From NCBI GenBank assembly GCA_049975525.1, contig JBNGCW010000011.1, positions 45,623 to 109,622 of the forward strand: a stretch of DNA of 64,000 nucleotides, read 5' to 3'. This DNA is from Anaerolineae bacterium (GTDB taxonomy: Bacteria; Chloroflexota; Anaerolineae; B4-G1; SLSP01). Shown here one piece after another: positions 59,667-64,000 of this stretch (position 1 is its first letter; each line of letters opens with the position of its first letter). Both the position numbers and the translations under genes were made by a program. A model generated the notes under the pieces. It was not told where the DNA came from and made no database searches. It was given only the letters and a program-made list of their open reading frames with translations.

Positions 59667-59860
59667 CGGTCAAAAGAAGCTTACATTCCGAGGCAGAGGA
59701 CAAAGATCCTCTGCCTCCATTGCAATAACTTGGGACGCACGTTATGTCCCAAGAAACACGAACTAACCCTTCCATGACCCACTTTCCTTTGCTCCGCTCG
59801 GAGGTACAATCGAAGCATTGAAAACAAAACCTGCCCATGTGAACTTCGAACGAGGTTAGC

Positions 59861-61870
59861 ATGATCGAATTTGGACGAGAGCTGTGCGGAGACGTACGAC
59901 AGGCGGCAAAACGCGAGTGGTTGGTGACTAACGGCATCGGCGGCTATGCCTTGGGCACGGTCGCCGGCATCTTGACCCGACGCTATCACGGGCTGTTGAT
60001 TGCGGCCCTCGATCCTCCCCTGGGACGAACGTTGTTGTTGGCCAAACTTGAGCCCACCGCTTTTTACGATGGGAACGAATATCGTCTCTATGCCAATGAA
60101 TGGGTCGGTGATGTCATCGAGGCGGAAGGCACCCGGCACCTGGAGCGCTTTCACCTCGAAGGAACTACGCCTGTCTGGACTTTTGCTTGCGCCGACGCGC
60201 TGCTGGAAAAGCGAGTGTGGATGCAGCCGGGCAGCAACACCACCTACATCCACTACCGGCTGACCCGCGCGACCCGTCCGCTCACCTTGCAGTTACGCGC
60301 CCTGGTCAATTACCGTCCACACCATGCTCTAACGCGCTCTCTGGGTCACTGGATGCGCGTGGAACCCGTGGGACGGGGAGTACGCGTGGTCGCCGACGAC
60401 TCGGCCAGCCCCTTCTACCTTCTGAGCGCCCGGGCCTCCGTCCAGGCACAACATCAGTGGTATCGGGATTTTTACCTGCGAGAGGAGGCTGATCGGGGGC
60501 TCGACAAAGTGGAAGATCACCTTTGCGCGGCAGAGTTCAACGTCGCGCTGGCACCCGGCGAAAGCGTCACCATCGTCGCCAGCACGGAGGCCACGCCAAA
60601 CCTCGACGGCAAGGCGGCCTATCAAGAGCGCACCGCCTACGAAGCGGATCTGCTGGCGGTCGCCGAGGTGGAACACGCCCCTGAAGCCATCCGCCAGCTG
60701 ACCCTGGCAGCAGATCAGTTTGTCGTGCGTCGGCGTCTATCCCAAGGCGGGGAAGGGTACAGCGTCATCGCCGGCTATCCCTGGTTCGCCGATTGGGGAC
60801 GGGATACCATGATCGCCCTACCTGGCCTGACGCTGAACAGCGGTCAGCACCACGTGGCCTGTCAGATCCTGCGCACCTTTGCCGGCTACATAGATCGAGG
60901 CATGCTGCCCAACACCTTCCCCGAAGCCGGAGAGGGCCCGCAATACAATACCGCCGACGCGACCCTCTGGTTCATCGAGGCGGTGCGGGCCTACGTCGCC
61001 GCATCCCACGACACCCGACTGTTGCGGGAGATCTTCCCCGTCTTACAAGAGATCCTCGCCTGGCATCAACGCGGCACGCGCTACGGCATCCAGGTCGATT
61101 TCGACGACGGCCTTCTGCGCGCCGGTGAGCCCGGCGTGCAGCTGACCTGGATGGACGCAAAGGTAGGAGACTGGGTGGTCACCCCTCGGGTGGGCAAGCC
61201 CGTGGAGATCAACGCGCTCTGGTACAATGCCTTGCGCAGTATGACCGCCTTCGCGCAGACCCTGGACGAACCGGCGGAGACCTACGCCCGTGCAGCGCGG
61301 CAGGTTAAAGCGGGGTTCGCTCGCTTCTGGAACGCTGAGCACGGCTACTGCTACGACGTGATTGACGGGCCGGAGGGCGCCGATCCAACGTTGCGTCCCA
61401 ACCAGCTCTTCGCCGTCTCCCTACGCCATAGCCCTCTGACGCCCCCCCAACAGCGGGCCGTCGTCGACGTCTGCGCCCGACGGCTGCTGACCGCCCACGG
61501 CCTGCGCAGCCTGACGCCTGAACACCCCGACTACGTGGGACACTACGGTGGCGGGCAGCGCGAGCGCGACGGGGCTTACCATCAGGGCACCGTCTGGGCG
61601 TGGCTGATCGGCCCCTTTGTCAGCGCCCACCTGCGCGTCTACCGGGCGCCCGCCGTGGCCCGCTCGTACCTGGTACCGCTGCTCCGGCACCTGCGCGCCC
61701 ACGGCGTGGGCACCCTCAGCGAAATCTTCGACGGCGACGCCCCCTTCCTTCCTCGCGGCTGCATCGCCCAGGCGTGGAGCGTCGCCGAGGTGTTGCGCGT
61801 GTGGCACGCCCTTGAAGAGACACCGCAGTCGTCCACCGCCTCGCTGGGGGAAAACGCGCCCACCTTGTGA
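59861..61870 (+). CDS. Glycogen debranching enzyme (amylo-alpha-1,6-glucosidase, GDE_C family)
   Basis: Conserved N-terminus EWLVTNGIGGYALGTVAGILTRRYHGLL and a C-terminal (alpha/alpha)6 barrel region. Confidence 0.8.
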   Translation: MIEFGRELCGDVRQAAKREWLVTNGIGGYALGTVAGILTRRYHGLLIAALDPPLGRTLLLAKLEPTAFYDGNEYRLYANEWVGDVIEAEGTRHLERFHLEGTTPVWTFACADALLEKRVWMQPGSNTTYIHYRLTRATRPLTLQLRALVNYRPHHALTRSLGHWMRVEPVGRGVRVVADDSASPFYLLSARASVQAQHQWYRDFYLREEADRGLDKVEDHLCAAEFNVALAPGESVTIVASTEATPNLDGKAAYQERTAYEADLLAVAEVEHAPEAIRQLTLAADQFVVRRRLSQGGEGYSVIAGYPWFADWGRDTMIALPGLTLNSGQHHVACQILRTFAGYIDRGMLPNTFPEAGEGPQYNTADATLWFIEAVRAYVAASHDTRLLREIFPVLQEILAWHQRGTRYGIQVDFDDGLLRAGEPGVQLTWMDAKVGDWVVTPRVGKPVEINALWYNALRSMTAFAQTLDEPAETYARAARQVKAGFARFWNAEHGYCYDVIDGPEGADPTLRPNQLFAVSLRHSPLTPPQQRAVVDVCARRLLTAHGLRSLTPEHPDYVGHYGGGQRERDGAYHQGTVWAWLIGPFVSAHLRVYRAPAVARSYLVPLLRHLRAHGVGTLSEIFDGDAPFLPRGCIAQAWSVAEVLRVWHALEETPQSSTASLGENAPTL

Positions 61871-61881
61871 GGCACGAACCC

Positions 61882-62496
61882 TCAGAACAGCGAAAGCTGT
61901 TCTACCTCCGGCGGGGGTTCGTAATCCTCAACCTCTACTTCACCGTCCAACAGCGCCCGCAGTCGGACGAAGTCGTTTTTCACGGTAGGCGTCAGGCTGG
62001 GCTGATGCAAAGCCGCCGCCGGATGATACATAGGGAAATAAACCCGTCCGTCGACGCGACGCGCACGCCCGTGCACCTGCGAGATCTTCTCGTTGGGGAA
62101 AGCCCGCGCCATGGAATGACGACCCAGGGTGACGATGACCTGGGGGTTAAGCACCTCAATCTGGCGATCCAGGTAAGGTTTGCACGCTTCAACCTCCTCC
62201 GGACGCGGATCGCGGTTGCCCGGCGGACGACATTTGATCACGTTGGTGATGAAAACGCTCTGGCGGTCGATCCCTACGTCGGCCAACAGCTCGTCGAGAA
62301 ACTGCCCGGCGCGTCCCACAAAGGGGAGACCCTGTTGATCCTCGTGAAAGCCGGGGGCTTCACCAATAAACATGATGTCGGCCTGGATAGGGCCGGCACC
62401 CGGAACAGCGTGGGTTCTGCCCGCGTGCAAAGGACAACGTCGGCACGCCCGAATTTCCTTGTGAATGGCTTCCAATGTAGATTCGGCTGAAGTCAT
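61882..62496 (-). CDS. Uracil-DNA glycosylase family 4
   Basis: CRRCPL...GEAPG... are family-4 UDG 4Fe-4S motifs. Confidence 0.85.
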   Translation of the reverse strand: MTSAESTLEAIHKEIRACRRCPLHAGRTHAVPGAGPIQADIMFIGEAPGFHEDQQGLPFVGRAGQFLDELLADVGIDRQSVFITNVIKCRPPGNRDPRPEEVEACKPYLDRQIEVLNPQVIVTLGRHSMARAFPNEKISQVHGRARRVDGRVYFPMYHPAAALHQPSLTPTVKNDFVRLRALLDGEVEVEDYEPPPEVEQLSLF

Positions 62497-62587
62497 AGGT
62501 CCTCCCTTACATCTTGTTCGGGTAACTGCTCAGGCGAGGAAAGCAGTCAAGGGATCAAAACGGGCTGAATGCGCCCTCCTTACCCCT

Positions 62588-63190
62588 TCACCAGCGTCGT
62601 CCTCCCCTCTCCCACAGACGGCGTTCTACGGCCTGACGACGTTCACGCAGCCGCCGTTCATACCCCTCGGCGGCGGGATCACTTTCCAACAACGCCGCGT
62701 CTTCGCCGTCCTTGTAGTAGGCAGGGAGATGAGCGACCTTGTGAAAAGTGTACTTACGATAAAGTGCTTGCGCCACGGCGTTGGAGACACGGACTTCCAA
62801 CGTGACGCGCTCCGCGCCTTCTCTGAGCGCCTTTTCCAACAGCGTGATAAGCAATAATTCCCCAAAGCCCTGTCCCCGCCAGTGTGGATGAACCGCCAGC
62901 GTGCTGATGTGAGCCCGTTTTGACTCCAGCCGCACGCCGGCAAAGCCATGAATCTCCTGCACAGGGGAACGCTTCTGTTTCCAGCGTCGCCAGAGTCCAC
63001 CACCTTCCTCTTTCAGCGCCTGAACCTGGAGCACGAAATAGTAGGCGGTGGGATTAAAATACAGCTCCTGGATATAAGCCCGCTCCGGCCAGGGGTCACG
63101 GAAAACGCGCTTTTCCAGCGCGGCGACTCTTCGAATATCCTGGGATCTCATGCGTCGAATGCGATAACGCCAAGCCGTCCACACATTCAT
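62588..63190 (-). CDS. rimI: Ribosomal-protein-alanine N-acetyltransferase (GNAT)
   Basis: GNAT fold with RGQGFG. A start 2 nt after the tsaB stop suggests coupling. An internal Met at 63151 (MRSQDIRRV...) is an alternative. Confidence 0.7.
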   Translation of the reverse strand: MNVWTAWRYRIRRMRSQDIRRVAALEKRVFRDPWPERAYIQELYFNPTAYYFVLQVQALKEEGGGLWRRWKQKRSPVQEIHGFAGVRLESKRAHISTLAVHPHWRGQGFGELLLITLLEKALREGAERVTLEVRVSNAVAQALYRKYTFHKVAHLPAYYKDGEDAALLESDPAAEGYERRLRERRQAVERRLWERGGRRW

Positions 63191-63192
63191 CT

Positions 63193-63840
63193 TTATCGTG
63201 CGTAGATAGGCGTCAGTCGGGCCGGATCTCCGTGGTAGCCAGCACGCAGTCGCTTCCAACCCAACTCGGCCAAAAAGCCGGCCCGCCGCAGACGGTGTGC
63301 CGGAGAGGGGACGTAGACCCTGTCCCCCAAAGGCGCCAACGCCTGCTCACCCTCCGCCGGGATCTCACCGACGAGAATGGCCGGGGGCTCCACGTGCTTC
63401 GCTATCTCGGCCCAGGGCACGATCCGCACCTTATCTTCCGCCTGCCACGCCGACGTCACGTAACGATAACGGGCGAAACCGACCCGACGCCGTCCCGCTT
63501 CGAAGAGGACGTAAAGCGCCCGCGGATCGGGCGGCTGAGCAGCGACCAGGATCTCCAACGTGGTCACGCCGACAAGGGGCAGGTGCCGGGTAATAGCCAG
63601 TCCCTGCGCCACGGCGAGGCCGATACGCACGCCCGTGTACGAGCCGGGTCCGCGACAGACGGCGATGGCGCTCAAATGTTCCGGCGTGATACCCGTTTCC
63701 TGTAGCAGCTCGTAGATATGCGGCAGCAGGGTGACCGTGTGCTGTCGGTTGGCTTCCCAGGTACACTCCCCACGAAGCGTGTGTTCGTCGTGTAGCGCGA
63801 TGCTGGCGTAACGTGTCGCGGTGTCAATGGCTAGCAGCAT
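63193..63840 (-). CDS. tsaB: tRNA threonylcarbamoyladenosine biosynthesis protein TsaB
   Basis: MLLAIDTATRYASIAL... matches the YeaZ family. Confidence 0.85.
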   Translation of the reverse strand: MLLAIDTATRYASIALHDEHTLRGECTWEANRQHTVTLLPHIYELLQETGITPEHLSAIAVCRGPGSYTGVRIGLAVAQGLAITRHLPLVGVTTLEILVAAQPPDPRALYVLFEAGRRRVGFARYRYVTSAWQAEDKVRIVPWAEIAKHVEPPAILVGEIPAEGEQALAPLGDRVYVPSPAHRLRRAGFLAELGWKRLRAGYHGDPARLTPIYAR

Positions 63841-63843
63841 ATC

Positions 63844-64000
63844 TCAACGTCCCACGATCTCCTGACGATAGCGACGCAACAGCGCTCGATGGCGTTCTCC
63901 GCCGGGACGAAAGGTGAGCGCCCGTCGGTACTCGTCAAGCCAGCGCAAAGTGACCCACAGAGATTCCTCCGGCATGATCTCCGCCGCGCGATCCGCCCAC
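63844..64000 (-). CDS. tsaE: Probable tsaE C-terminal fragment (5' end outside window)
   Basis: Open to the window edge. Position upstream of tsaB-rimI and weak C-terminal similarity. Confidence 0.4.
   Translation of the reverse strand, partial: WADRAAEIMPEESLWVTLRWLDEYRRALTFRPGGERHRALLRRYRQEIVGR

Noticed and set aside
1-64000. tRNA, rRNA, tmRNA and RNase P RNA genes
   Set aside because: Visual scans for T-loop consensus (GGTTCGAATCC-like), tmRNA 3' end (…TCCACCA) and RNase P conserved boxes found nothing convincing.

Overview
This 64-kb window is high-GC (about 65%), gene-dense bacterial chromosome. The overall gene content suggests a Chloroflexota-like thermophile, but that is only a weak inference. 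No rRNA, tRNA or CRISPR array was found.

From the 5' end, the housekeeping and metabolic genes are:
- the 3' end of a 2-oxoacid:ferredoxin oxidoreductase gamma-type subunit;
- a patatin-like phospholipase and an MFS transporter;
- a polytopic-membrane-anchored S8 subtilase;
- an MrfA/YprA-like DExH helicase with a DUF1998 zinc-finger tail;
- single-chain pyruvate:ferredoxin oxidoreductase (nifJ);
- a DHOD-like flavoenzyme and a PduO-type corrinoid adenosyltransferase;
- a two-gene xanthine-dehydrogenase-family molybdoenzyme with a fused FAD/2Fe-2S subunit;
- a standalone SagB-type dehydrogenase;
- gyrB and a PHP phosphoesterase;
- a frameshifted SPFH/band-7 pseudogene;
- a pxpA-pxpB-pxpC 5-oxoprolinase operon;
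- glgA, a phosphofructokinase, and a CBM48 protein next to a glycogen-debranching enzyme;
- an ABC-2 permease and a divergent GT2/GT39 glycosyltransferase pair;
- a PSP1/RicT protein, family-4 UDG, and rimI-tsaB-(tsaE).

The most system-like novelty is a translationally coupled peptidase module at 15.4-22.2 kb: a C25 gingipain-like peptidase, a SipW-like ER-type signal peptidase fused to FN3/Ig domains and a C-terminal anchor, and a C25 lipoprotein. The first C25 protein and a 1461-aa beta-helix surface protein (41.8-46.2 kb) end in the same extreme C-terminal tail, [YF]-LPL-x-x-R-x. This may be an undescribed C-terminal sorting or processing signal.

Other candidates are:
- a tightly packaged 34-aa peptide gene with a perfect sigma70 promoter and a lasso-leader-like YxxPxIx3G motif (14.3 kb);
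- a minimal class-III nucleotidyl-cyclase-like protein (DUF2652-like) with a cNMP-binding alpha/beta-hydrolase encoded 3 kb away, next to an AT-rich 600-bp island;
- at least two families of MITE-like palindromic intergenic repeats, including a 100-bp element present twice at about 88% identity.
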